64,000 nt of DNA from positions 16,584 through 80,583 of the forward strand of contig WELA01003228.1 in NCBI GenBank assembly GCA_009602735.1, written 5' to 3'. This document shows positions 41,434 through 53,112 of this stretch, piece by piece (position 1 is the first letter of the stretch; every line of letters starts with the position of its first letter). Source of the DNA: Mesotaenium endlicherianum (lineage: Eukaryota). A program made the translations under genes and the position numbers. A model generated the notes under the pieces. It ran no database searches. It was not told the origin of the DNA and saw nothing but the letters and a program-made list of their open reading frames with translations.

Positions 41434-43190
41434 GCCAGGAGCCTACCACCCCAAGACCCACTTCACGAGAAGGCAACACGCCAAGTGAGGTGGAGACCCC
41501 CGTTGAAGACGACGTTCCAGCCCCAATGAGTTTGAGAGGTTACCTTGGAGGAGAGAAGGTCCACATCTTGGTGGATAGCGGAGCTCAAGGCAACTTCATT
41601 GCTGCAGATTTTGCCACCAAGCACGGTATTACTATGCGAACTCTTGACCACGACGAGGAGATTATGATGCCCGATGGATTCTCCTATACTACCCCTTCCA
41701 AGAAGACGTACCCCTTGGCACTCTCTATCAAGTCCTTCAAGGATAGAGTAGTGTTCTCCCCCATGCAATTGGGCAAGTACGACGTCATCCTAGGGACGCC
41801 TTGGTTGACCAAGCACAACCCCCAAGTTGATTGGAGGACCGGTACTATCAAGATCAAGAATGACATCACTTCAAGAATCTGTATTTTGCGCGCAATCCAG
41901 AATATCCAGACCCAAGACATCCAGAAGCCGGCACACGAGATACTATTGTCCGCCCTCCAACTCAAGAGACTTGTGAGGAAGGGACACGAGCTTCTTTTGG
42001 CCTTGATCACGCCAAAAGACATCAAGAAAGACATCGAGAGTCAAGAAGGCAGCCCCGTTCCCAAGGAGATACAAGAAGTCTTTGAGGACTACAAAGAAGT
42101 GTTCTCCCCGGAATTGCCCAAGGGCCTACCCCCCAAAAGATTCGTAGACCACAAGATAGAGTTGGAGCCCGGAAGCAAGCCCATCTCTCGGCCTACGTTC
42201 AAAATGTCATACACGGAGCTAGACGAAGTCAAGAAGCAAATCAAGGAGCTACTGGAGCATGGCTTCATTCGACCTAGCAAGTCGCCATTTGGAGCCCCGG
42301 TGCTATTTGTCAAGAAGAAAGATGGTACCTTGAGGATGTGTGTGGACTATCGCGCCCTCAACAAGATCACCATCAAGAATCGATACCCGCTGCCGCGCAT
42401 GGATGAGCTCATGGACCGGCTGGTTGGAGCCAAGTACTTCACGAAGATTGACTTACGGAGCGGCTACCACCAGATTCGCATCGCAGAACCGGACATAGAG
42501 AAGACGGCATTCAGGACAAGATATGGACATTTTGAGTTCATGGTCCTGCCATTTGGACTCACCAACGCGCCAGCAACTTTCATGACTATGATGAACACCA
42601 TATTTCAGCCCATGTTGGACAGATTTGTGGTGGTATTCATCGATGACATCCTTATCTACAGCAAGACCCTTGAAGAGCATGCGAGACACTTGAAAGAAGT
42701 CCTTGAAGTATTGAAGCAAAACAAGCTATTTGCGAAGGAGTCAAAATGCGAGTTTGCCAAACAAGAAGTGGAGTTCCTAGGTCTCCACGTGACTGCTGAT
42801 GGCATCAAGATAGACCCCAAGAAGACCACGGTGGTGGAGGAATGGCCAACCCCCACGACCAAGAAAGAACTCCAGTCATTCTTGGGATTTGCCAATTGGT
42901 ACAGGAGATTCATCCAAGGCTTCTCGCACATAGCAGGCCCCCTGACAGATTTACTCAAGAAGGACACGCTATATACATGGACCGAGAAAGAGGAAGAGGC
43001 ATTTCAAGAGTTAAAGCGAAGATTGACCACATCACCGGTGCTCACTCTCCCAAGTCCAAACCCAGATTGGCCCTTCCACGTCATTACCGTCATCACCGAT
43101 GCATCTTCCTATGAAATAGGAGCAATGCTGCTCCAAGACCAAGGCAAGGGACTGCAGCCCATTGCCTACAAGTCAAGGAAGCTAAATCCT
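41355..43190 (+). pseudogene. pol: Pol of element B (protease, RT, partial RNase H) in the -1 frame, truncated
   Basis: [41 protein letters not shown]...SRKLNP, then an abrupt end. Slippery heptamer A AAA AAC at 41412-41418. Confidence 0.92.
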
Positions 43191-45913
43191 CGTAGAGGAC
43201 CACACCAGTTGTAGTGATTTGAGTTATTATATATTAGTTTGCATATATTTTGATGTTTTTAAATATATTTGGAGTAGTATTGTGTGGATTCAAGTGTGAA
43301 TAGGTACTCTAGTAACTTGGTTCATGTCCTTTGAACCTTCTAAGGCATTTTCGAAGTTAGAGGAAAGACCTAGAAGAACTCCACGTGGCGAAAGTCAAAT
43401 GTGCCATTTTTAGGTCAAAAGGACATGTGTACATTATTCTAGAAAGAGGTGGCAAGTTTTGGGATGTGTTGGGTGCCAACACATCAACATACACCTTCCT
43501 AGAAATTACTTATTTAGCAGGTATATAAACAAGAGCTAGAACATAGAAAGACATGCCAGAATCACTCTTGTACTTGCCAAAATCCAGAAATATATTAACT
43601 TTCAAGAAGCCATCTCTCTTTCAAGAAGCTACCACTTGTGTTCAGAGATCCTTGTCTTGAATAGATAATATATTCTATTTCACTAAGTACTTTATCTATC
43701 TGTTTCACTACACCAGTGTGTGTCTCAATGTACCTATCCAGTGCTGCAGTTCCTTCCCTCTATAGCAGTGTTGTCTGTTCCAGCTTGTTGATCTCCTGGG
43801 CTGCCAGCAATGCTTCCTTCAGGATATCAAAGTTTTGGCCACCCACCACAGTATACCTGTATGTGGCCAAGCTCTTCTGCCTGTCCGCTTTAGCCTTTTT
43901 CCTTCTCTTTTCCTCTGCCGCTGCCGCTTCTTCTTGTTGTTTCTTCTGTCTCTCCTCCTCAGCTTTCCTGAGGTTTTCCGCTTCCTGATCCTTCTTCCTC
44001 TGTGCTTCTTCTGTCGCCTCTTGTTGTTTGCGGACCCTTTCTTGTTCTCTCCTGGTGAGGGACGTCGCCGCGCTCCTTCTGGTATTGCTCCATTGTCCTC
44101 CGGGCTTCTTCTGCCTTGCGCTTTCTGTCCTCCTTTTGTGTGGTGGGAGCCATTCCGCACATGTAACCAGGGTACAAGTTAGTAGGATATCGACCTTTGT
44201 CCTAGAAGTTGCAGGAAGGGAGTAAGTTTGTATTAGTATGGTATATTCGTTCCTGTTTACCTTGCAGGGTGATTGCTAGGAGTTGACGTAGTTGCGGTGC
44301 GCTAGACATAAACGTATGAATGTGTTTTCAGGTGTGTTAAGTGATGTATGGCTGTGCGAGGCCCTTTTTCCTTCAGCTAAAGGTGCTTTATGTGGGCCAG
44401 GCTGTCCCCTCTGTCACTATGCTGACACTTAGGATTCACATAACTGTCCCTTTCTCGCTCTCGCACACTAACTGTCATGTATTTTCCCCTCCAACTTAAA
44501 TGGAGACAGGACCTCCTGTCACCTTCCCGTGTCAACTGAAATGACTGTTAGGGAGGTGCTCCAGCCGCCCGAAGGTGGAACCGTTTCAACGCCCCTTTGG
44601 CGTTAGTCAAATGGTCTTCAAATTCCCAAGTGTCCCCAGAGGCATCGTAACCCTTCCATCGAATGAGGTACTTCATGACATATTTAGACGATCGACGGAC
44701 CGAGCGCGCGTCTAAAATCTCCTCAACCTCATATTCCTCAGAGTCGCCGTCCCGGACAGCGGGGATCGGTCCCGGTTGGACAGGTAACCGACCTGGGAAC
44801 AGTGTATCACCTTTGATGTAGAGTTCCAGGAAGGAGACATTAAAGACCGGATGACCCTTGTATTCGGCTGACATGTTCAGTTTGTAAGCGTTCTGACCGA
44901 CACGACGCACCACCGAATATGGACCAACCCAGACAGGGCCAAGCTTTTTCTTGACCACACGAGGGAGGTACAGGTGCTGAGAATGTAGTTTGACCAAATC
45001 GCCTTTAGAAAAGGTCAGTTCGCGACGGTGCTAATTAGCGTACTTTTGTTGGTTTTCTTGGGCTCTGTGCAGGTTTTGCTGGACTGCTGACAGGGTGTCA
45101 GCAAACTCCTGAGTTAACTGGAGGGAGACCGGATTGTCAATCCCTTCAGGGTGAGTTAAAGACTCCCCTAGGACATCTAAAGGAGACTTAGGGAGTCTAC
45201 CCAGGCTTAGTTCAGAAGGAGTCTTGCCCGTTGACGCGTGCACCGCACTGTTGACCGCAAATTGGATGTGAGGTAACAGGTCATCCCAATTATCTTGTTT
45301 TTGGTTAATATAGGCTCTCAATACCTCTTGCAGAACTCGGTTAGTTCTCTCAGTCTGCCCATCAATCTGAGGGTGGTTTGCTGTGTTGAGCAGCTGTGTG
45401 ACTCCCACCAACCCCATTAAAGCCCTCCAGAACTTAGAGGTAAATTTTGAATCTCTGTCTGAGATTATATTAGAGGATAGCCCATGTTGGCATACTACAT
45501 GGTTGTAGAACTGTCTCGCTGTTTCGAGTGCAGTTACTTTGACAGTTGTGGGGATGAAAATGACCATTTTTGTCAGTTTATCCACAACTACCAGTATCGA
45601 ATCATGCCCATTGGCAGTTCGTGGCAGTGTGACCACCCAGTCCATGGATATCGTTCCCCAGCGGCCAGCTGGGATGGGCAGCGGTTGTAAGAGGCTCCCT
45701 GGTGGTGTGTGCCTAGACTTATTCTTTTGACACTGGTCACAGGACTTAACGTATTTCAAGACCTCCCGAGGTAATCTCTCCCAATGATAATATTTTGCCA
45801 GTTTGCCAACTGTTTTGGCCTGCCCCAAATGCGCACTCAGTAAACTGTCATGTGCTTGACTCAATAAAAGGGACCTTATTTCCACGTTATTAGGAATGAC
45901 TAGCTTCAGCCTG

Positions 45914-46853
45914 TGTAACGATTTGAGCTTTTTAGGCGTATTTGGGACGTTTTCCCGATTACCTAAAACACGTTATACTATTTATCATAAGTTATTTGAT
46001 AAATGATTGAATCACATTGACTTATTCGCCACACACGTGTGCCGATTAATTCCCGAACGATTGGCAAAACGACCGAGATACTATCGCAAAAAGCGTCGTA
46101 ACGTAATTCGACTACTTCGCAAAAGTACGACCTAATTATTCAAAGAGTTACTTTGAATAAATATGAGATGATAATTTGAGTAATCTTGTTTGATTAAGTT
46201 ATTTTGATTGTCATTATTACGAATAATGGACAATCACAGATTTCGGATTACGACTAGTTGTAATACGAAGAAACTGTCGTATCATTAATACGAACAAACA
46301 GTCGTAAAGTCAAACGAAACGAAATATGCAAAGTCGCTTTGCATCCGAGCGGATTCGAACCCGCGACTTTCGTTTGAAACGTTCACACCTAACCGATTGG
46401 GCAAAGTAGCTTTTTAAACTACCGGTTCATGACGAAAGCATGTGTACGCGACTCCGCGATCAATCGCGACTTTTTGGGAAAGTCGCGAGAACGCGAAAAC
46501 GCCCGTTTGGCGCGAAACGGTTTTTTGGAAACCGTCGAAAAGTCTCCAAACACCGACTGCGCATTTCGAGCATTCGGCCGAATGGGACACGTCCCTTCGA
46601 CCGTTTTTGTTGAACATAAACCAGTTTCCTAGGTGGTGACTCGAAGCACTCCAGTGCCTCATGTTGTGCAGGTATAAATACCTGCAGAGTCATTGTGAGT
46701 ACAACTCTCACAAGCAAACATTCTACGTTAGTTTTCACTTTCGCTCTTTCGAGTATTCGTCAATTTCCACAAGTATATAGATTTTCCTTCCACTTGAATT
46801 AGATATTCCTTGAATACCGAGGAAAGATCCTCTCGAAAAGCAGAAACGTCACA
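45914..46853 (+). mobile_element. solo LTR (family C, 940 bp) inserted in A1 pol just upstream of the integrase HHCC motif; contains a tRNA-like module
   Basis: Termini TGTAACG...CGTCACA. Near-TSD GCCTG/GCTTG. TATA-like TATAAATA near 46673. A1 pol sequence resumes on both sides. Confidence 0.8.
46340..46410 (-). ncRNA. tRNA-derived/tRNA-like sequence with Pol III A and B boxes (not a functional tRNA)
   Basis: Minus strand GCTACTTTGCCCAATCGGTTAGGTGTGAACGTTTCAAACGAAAGTCGCGGGTTCGAATCCGCTCGGATGCA. It has an A-box-like TTGCCCAATCGG, a consensus B box GGTTCGAATCC and a T-arm, but a poor acceptor stem and an abnormal anticodon arm. Confidence 0.6.
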
Positions 46854-49277
46854 GCTTGCTTGAAGTGGTTTCAGTCACCCAGACCCCTCCCTTAAGCTTA
46901 TACCCGAGTGCAGTAGCACGACACATACCAGTAGTGGGGCTGGGCTCAAATGTTGGGTCAGAAAGGTAGGCTTTCCTAAGTTGTTGAAGGAAGGACTTTT
47001 TCACCTTTAGTGAAGTGAGTGCACACAGGACTTTATCTACAGCATGCTGACTAAAGTTCCTTTCTTGCAAGTCAGGTCTTCTAGAGAGTGCATCAGCAGG
47101 ATTCAACTTCCCTGGTTTGTAGTCGATCTGGACTTGAAATTGCTCCAGCATCTAGCTCCAGCGGTTCTCCCTCCTTGACAGCTTGGACTTCTTCTGAAAG
47201 TGAGTCAGAGCTAGATGATCTGTAATCACCTTAAAAGCTTTACCATGTAAGTATGCTCTCCACTGTTTGAGTACATGAATCATAGCTAGCAGCTCTTTAT
47301 CATGCACTGAGTAATTAATCTCCGCTGGATTAAATTTCATAGACTCGTACAAAACAGGATGACACTCTTGCCGTACCTTACCATTCTTTGTGGTTTTGTC
47401 AGCAGGCTGCAACAAAATAGCACCCATGGCAAAGTTCGAGGCATCAGTAACCACCTGCACCGGTTTGCTGGGGCCATACACGGCTAGCAAGGGGGCAAAA
47501 CAAAGGGCATCTTTAAGGGTCTAGAAGGCAACCTGCTGCTCTTCCCCCCACACATACCCTATGTCTTTCTTAGTAAGGTCAGTCACTTTACTGGCCTTTA
47601 TAGATTAATTCTCAATAAATCTCCTATAGTAGTTAGCCAACCCGAGGAAGGATCTAACTTCAGAGACAGACTGTGGTACTGGCCAGTCCCTTATGGTCTG
47701 GACTTTCTTAGGATCCACACTAATACCTTCTTTGCTGACAATGTGGCCTAAGAATTCAATACTTTCTTTAAAGAAGTCACATTTGCTCATTTTAGCACAT
47801 AAGTGATTTTTTCTTAGAGTGTCCAAGACTGTCTTTAAGTGTTCAGTGTGCTGAGCTTCATCTTTAGAGGAAATTAAAATATCATCCAGGAAAACTTGCA
47901 CAAACTTATCCAAATAAGGTCTGAAAATGTCATTCATAGCACCCATGAAGGTAGCAGGAGCATTAGTCAGTCCAAATGGCATCACGTTGAACTCATAGTG
48001 TCCATAGCGTGTGCGGAAGGCAGTCTTGTGTTCATCCCCCTCAGCAATTCTGATTTGTTGATAACCACTCTTAAGATCTATCGTACTGAACACCTTAGCA
48101 CCAGACAGGGTATCAAGCAAGTCCTCGATTCTGGGTAAAGCATACTTGATCTTTGCTGTAATTCTGTTCAGGGCTCTGTAATCCACACACATCCGCATAC
48201 TGCCATCGTTTTTCTTAACAAATAGGATGAGTGCGCCGTAAGGTGATTTACTGGGAGAAATATAATCATTTTCCTCAAGCTCTGCAATCTGTGTTTTCAA
48301 CTCCTTGCTCTCCACATAAGACAAGCCATAAGTGCGTTGCCAGGGTGGTTGACTCCCAGGTAATAAATCAATCCTATGATCTACTTCCCTCTTAGGGGGT
48401 AGTCCTGGAGGCATATTAAATACATCCGTGTACTGAGCAACAATTTTTGCAGCAGTAGGGTGCTCCGGAGGGCTTACCTTTTTCTCAACCACTTCTTCAG
48501 ATTGAGGAGGTACCTCTCTTAGCAGCAAACATAACATTGTGTCTTCCTTCTAGTTCCAGCTCTTGACGAACTCCATTGCATTCAGCAACTTGCATCCTTC
48601 TGGAAGCCTCTTCTTTTCCTTCAGTTGCCATCCACACAGGACAAGAGGAAGAGCACTGGTGGGTGCCAAATTAGTCTGCCCATCACTGGCTCCTCTCACT
48701 TTAACTGTACCTCTGCTCCAACACACTTCAGCTTGATGTCTATTTAGCCAGGACCTGCCTAGCACGAGATCATAAAAGCCAGTGTTGAGTACCTCAAATG
48801 TAAGCGTTTCAGTTAGAACTGCAATGCCAGAACCTAACTGGACCTCAATAGGCTTGGTTATAACTCCTCCCGGGATACTTGAGGCATCTCCAAGGAATAT
48901 TTTTCTATTCCCTTGGGTGACAGTAGGCAGCCTTAGCCGCTTAACTAAGTCCTTGTGGATAAAAGTATGTGACGCCCCTCCGTCAACAAATGCCCTCACC
49001 TTCCTACCTGCAATCATGCAATGCAGTAGGATAGGGGGGACTGTCTTTTCCTCACTTTCGCATTGTTCTCCTAACTTAGGAAAGAAATGTTGGACATCAG
49101 GTGGAACAAGAGCATCCAGAGTGTGCACTCTCTGGACGTCCATATTGCTGATGGTCTCCTTTATCTGGTTGTCAGGCATGCATAGTGAATCCAGTTCAGC
49201 AGGACCCATAATACTTGCTACGAGGGCAGCTAGTGACGACTCACTATCTCTAGCATCCTCACAGTCAGTAGACTGGA

Positions 49278-50761
49278 TTACTGACTGTTGCTGTCTTTTA
49301 AAGGCTGGTCTTTTCTCTCGACCTTCGAAAGGTGCTTGTCTGGACACTGCTCTCTGAAGTGACCTGGCTGCTGGCAATGGAAGCAAATCGATTTTGCTGA
49401 GGCTGGTCTCGGCTTCGTCCTACCACCACCTCTTCCATAGCCGCCTCGAGAGAAACCACCTCTCTCTCTGGACTGCATAGCATTGTACTCATACCCATAT
49501 TCATCACCCTGATCATCCTCAGCCTGGTCTTCTTCAATTGCATTGTAGGAACCGTGGGGCTTTTTGACAACCTTCGACACCAAAGCATTACTCTGGCGCT
49601 TATGATTGAACTGCTGCTGATCCCAGGCATCAGCATCCTGAATCAAGTCAGCCAATTTCTCATACTTCTTCTCAGCAAAATGACCAGAGACTTCGGATGT
49701 CAAGCCATACCTGAAGTATGCTATCCTATACCGTTCTGACAAGTCTGGCTGTTTCATCATGTTCTCCTAGAACTTTTGAGCAAACTCAGCAACTGAAGTG
49801 GTCTGCTTTAGTGTGAGGAAGATCATCGCATACATAGCTTTCTCCTGCTGGTTGATGACATCAAACTTCTCATGCAACTTCTCGACAAACTCTACCCACG
49901 TAGGGTCACCGAGTTGCCGAGCCTTACGCTCTCCTTTCTAGTAAAGCCACCAGTCTGCGGCACTGCCTTTCAGTAGCGCACCGGTGCGCCTGACCTTCTC
50001 GTAATCTTGCAGTTTTGGGTAGTTCTCCAGCCACTGCTCAACATCCGCGAGAAACTTGATCAGGTAATATTTTCTGTTTCCCTCAGGATCATATTCTGGG
50101 GGAGGTTTCGGCTTGGGCTTACTAGGCCCTCTGCCACCACCACCAGTGGTTTGAGACCCCAGTTGGTCTCTGTCCCGCAGTAGAGACATTATGATTCTTT
50201 TGTCCTCNTGTCCTCCTGTTGGCGCTGTTACATTGTCGCCATTTGCGACTGCATTTGAACGAACAATGCTCGCAAGTCTACACTCTGGGGTGGTAGTCTA
50301 GCAAATGCAGCAGCAGCATTGGCATCTACTCGCTGAGTAGTGTCCTCAACAGTCCCTCTCGCTCCTGCAGCAGCAATTCCTGCCGCATTCAGCCGGTCAC
50401 GTATTTGACCTAGGGGTACATTGAGTTGTACAGCAGGAGGTGGGTTCAGGACATTGGCCCTGGATGCCACAAGTTCTTCAACCGTGCGCTCGTCCGCGGG
50501 CTGTCCTTCCCTCCTTTCCGTATCTATAGCAGCCTTTGCTAATTGTTCAGCTAATTTGGCTCTCTGCTCCTCGGCTTGCTGTGCTGCGACTGCAACAATA
50601 GCAGTTGCCTCATCTGCAGCCTCCCTAGCTGCGGTATCTGCCACTGCTTCAGAATAGGTACGGGTTCCCGCTACATGGCTTTCCGCCTGGTTTTCGACAT
50701 TCTCCTTATCCTGGTTCTCCATGTCTCGGGAGTTGCTAGTTTGAGACCTTGTCCTTACCAT
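49278..50761 (-). pseudogene. gag: Gag of A1 (stops/frameshift; CCHC knuckle)
   Basis: MVRTRSQ start just after the PBS; LLKGSAADWW; CFHCQQPGHFREQC. Slippery T TTA AAA at 49296-49302 leads into the -1 pol frame. Confidence 0.88.
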
Positions 50762-50795
50762 ACAAAGAAGACTGTGATAATCACTCCGATACCAC

Positions 50796-51515
50796 TTAAA
50801 TGATTCGACTTACCAAATAGGCGATTAACAATTAATAAAGATCTTTATATCAGCAAGTAATCTTTATGGTATTTCCGTTAACTAGTTTAACGGCAAAGGA
50901 CAATACACTAGCAGTTAATAATACTCGTAAGTCAAATGCGAGTAAACTAGCATCAATAATGCAAATCAGTAAACTCATACATAAGCAAGGTTAGAAGACA
51001 GTGCGTATCAATGGCTTCTCGCCTTGGATTCAGATCTCTCTCAGTAAACTGTACAAGAGAGTTGGCCTCGTTTCCGAATGCCGAACTCGAGAGCAATGCC
51101 TAGCATATGTACATGGAATGAGTTTACTGTTCAACGGTCAGTGCGATGGCACCGCCTACCCGGGAGTTAACCACGTTGGTAGGACCTCGGTTAACCAAAT
51201 CCACCGCCATCTCCCATCATCCCGAATTGCCATCCATCCTAGGGATGTCATCTGGCCATTCCTCTAGCATACCACACTTAGATGCATATCGAGGCAGTTA
51301 GCTGCTACCGAGTACGGAAGTCAGCTGGCTGTCAAGGAATGTGTCAGCAAGCTGACTTAAGATGACCTCAGCCTGCTACTTCCGGCCAAGTCATTAAACT
51401 GATGTTAAGTATAAAGTCCAGCAGACTGATTGTTAACTAGAGTTCAGCAGGCTGAACATGATTAATTATTATATTTAAATGAATATTATATCTTCTAATA
51501 TATTCATTCACTACA
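50796..51515 (-). repeat. 5' LTR of A1
   Basis: Copy of 37544-38262; adjacent PBS (GATACCA on + strand, 50788-50794). Confidence 0.93.
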
Positions 51516-51520
51516 GCATT

Positions 51521-52516
51521 GAACCTATCACACGTCACCGTAACCTCTTAATTGTCCAGCACTTTGCATGTGGCACAAGGCGTAGGTGGCACCAATTCCT
51601 CGGGCTCAGTCCTTGTGATGAGATCAATGTTTGGCAAATGACAAAATGAGCAATTATGCACATGATCTCGAATAGCTTTTTCATCAGAACCTTCTTCTAG
51701 CACACTGTTTCCAGATGCATGCTTGACTCGCAGGATTACTACACCTGAGCTGGTGTCGATGGCGGTCTTGGTCTGTCGCTTCCAATAGACGAAGTCCCCT
51801 TTTTGGATCTGCAACATTTGCAGGTGATGGCTCCCATCCTTCGTTTTGTTAAAGCGCTGAGTGTCTCGCTTTTGAGCAATCTTGAGGTTGTCAAGGGCCA
51901 CTGGCATCATGTGCTTAAATAACGCCTTTCGATGCACCATCACTTCTGACAATCCTTCAGAATTGCCTAGGTTCTTCACTTGCACCACTTCAAGTTTGAA
52001 GCTGATAAGCACCACTGGACTTCTTCCAAATAGTATCTGTTAAGGCGAGTACTTTGTTGAAACGATTGCCCATAGACGGACGTAGCAGGGCAAAATCCCA
52101 GTCTCTTTTGTCGGTTAACGGCACATTACTTTTATAAATTATTATAATGGTTTGCACCATTCTTCCTGTCTTCCTGCCATACCTTCTGCTTGTGCAATAT
52201 CTTTGAAAGTAAAAGCACTTGTCCAATAATTGCGGAAATGCTCCTTAGAACTCAGACCCTTCGTCTGCCGGCATTTATGCTGGAGCTCCATGCCGTACAA
52301 TCACACAATGGAAAAGTGCTTCCGTGGTTTCCACACTCTCCTTTGTGGTAAGAGATACCACTTCAATCCACTTCAAGAAATGCTCAATCATGACCATGAT
52401 ATACTTGTTACCTTGCTTGGATAGTGGCAGCTCTCTTGTTAGATCACAACTCCAGCGACAGCCAAAATCCATGATCGGCAATGGTTGCAAGTGTGGTGTT
52501 GTTGTGTTAAGCTCGC
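51521..52516 (-). pseudogene. integrase plus first half of the PHD finger of old gypsy element D
   Basis: LQPLPIMDFGCRWSCDL, GNKYIMVMIEHFLKWIEV, RHGAPA, GDFVYWKRQTKTAIDT, CHLPNIDL...CATC. Homologous to 62443-63240. Confidence 0.8.
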
Positions 52517-53026
52517 TGAAATGAATCGACTTATCATAGGCGATCAACTCTTAATAAAAGATCTTTATATTGACAAGTAGTCTTTATGGTATTTTTTGGT
52601 TACTTAGTAATCAGCAAAAGACTCCACAACTAGCATTACAATACTCATACGTCAAATGCAAGTAAATGAGCATCAGTTACGCAATCAGTAAACTCATAGA
52701 TAAGCAAGGTTAGAAGACAATTCGTATCAATGGCTTCTCGCCTTGGATCTAGATCCCTCTTAGTGAGTGGTACAAGAGAGTTGACCTCGTTTTCAAATGC
52801 CGAACTCGGGGCATGACCTAACCTATGTACTTGGAATAAGTTTCCAGTTCAGGGGCAAGTGCAATGGCAGCGCCTACCCGAGAGTTAACCACGTTGGTAG
52901 GATCTCGACCAACTAAATCCACAGTCATCCCTCATCATCCCGAATTGCCTTCCATCTAGAGGGTGTCATCTGGCCACTCATCTAACATATCACTCTTAGA
53001 TGCATAACTAGGCAATTCAATGATAC
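52517..53026 (-). repeat. partial, more diverged family-A LTR (copy A3) inserted in D and interrupted by A2
   Basis: Starts TGAAATGAATCGAC and aligns with about the first 500 bp of 37544-38262. Confidence 0.85.
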
Positions 53027-53112
53027 TGAAATAAATCAACTTATCAATAGACGATTAATAATTAATGAAGATCTTTATGTCAGCGAGTAATCTTTATGGT
53101 ATTTTCTGTTAA

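Larger units (their letters stand above)
39613..43712 (+). mobile_element. Ty3/gypsy LTR retrotransposon (family B), 3'-internally truncated (no integrase, no PPT), nested in A1 ORF3
   Basis: 503-bp LTRs 39613-40115 and 43210-43712 (TG...CA). TSD CCAGT at 39608-39612 and 43713-43717. PBS TGGTATCGGAGC at 40117. Confidence 0.95.
38374..44153 (-). pseudogene. accessory ORF3 of A1, function unknown; split by element B, with a frameshift and one TAG in the 5' part
   Basis: The reading frame runs across the B insertion (…[22 protein letters not shown]…). The 410-aa 3' part 38374-39606 is open. Clearly homologous to 56703-58369. Confidence 0.8.
44548..49386 (-). pseudogene. pol: Pol of A1: protease, RT, RNase H, integrase, chromodomain; several premature stops
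   Basis: [44 protein letters not shown] (AHDSLLSAHLG...CDQC), ISMDWV, ISDRD, GQTERTNR, GPVWVGPY, chromodomain EYEVEEILD...YLIRWKGYDASGDTWE. Confidence 0.93.
37544..51515 (-). mobile_element. full-length Ty3/gypsy chromovirus-type LTR retrotransposon (family A, copy A1) with an extra 3' ORF; decayed, carrying two nested insertions
   Basis: Direct-repeat LTRs 37544-38262 and 50796-51515. TSD GCATT at 37539-37543 and 51516-51520. PBS TGGTATCGGAG next to the right LTR, PPT next to the left LTR. Domain order gag-PR-RT-RH-INT-chromodomain. Confidence 0.95.

Noticed and set aside
46340..46410. Functional tRNA gene
   Set aside because: The acceptor stem does not pair properly and the anticodon arm is non-canonical. 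Kept only as tRNA-like.
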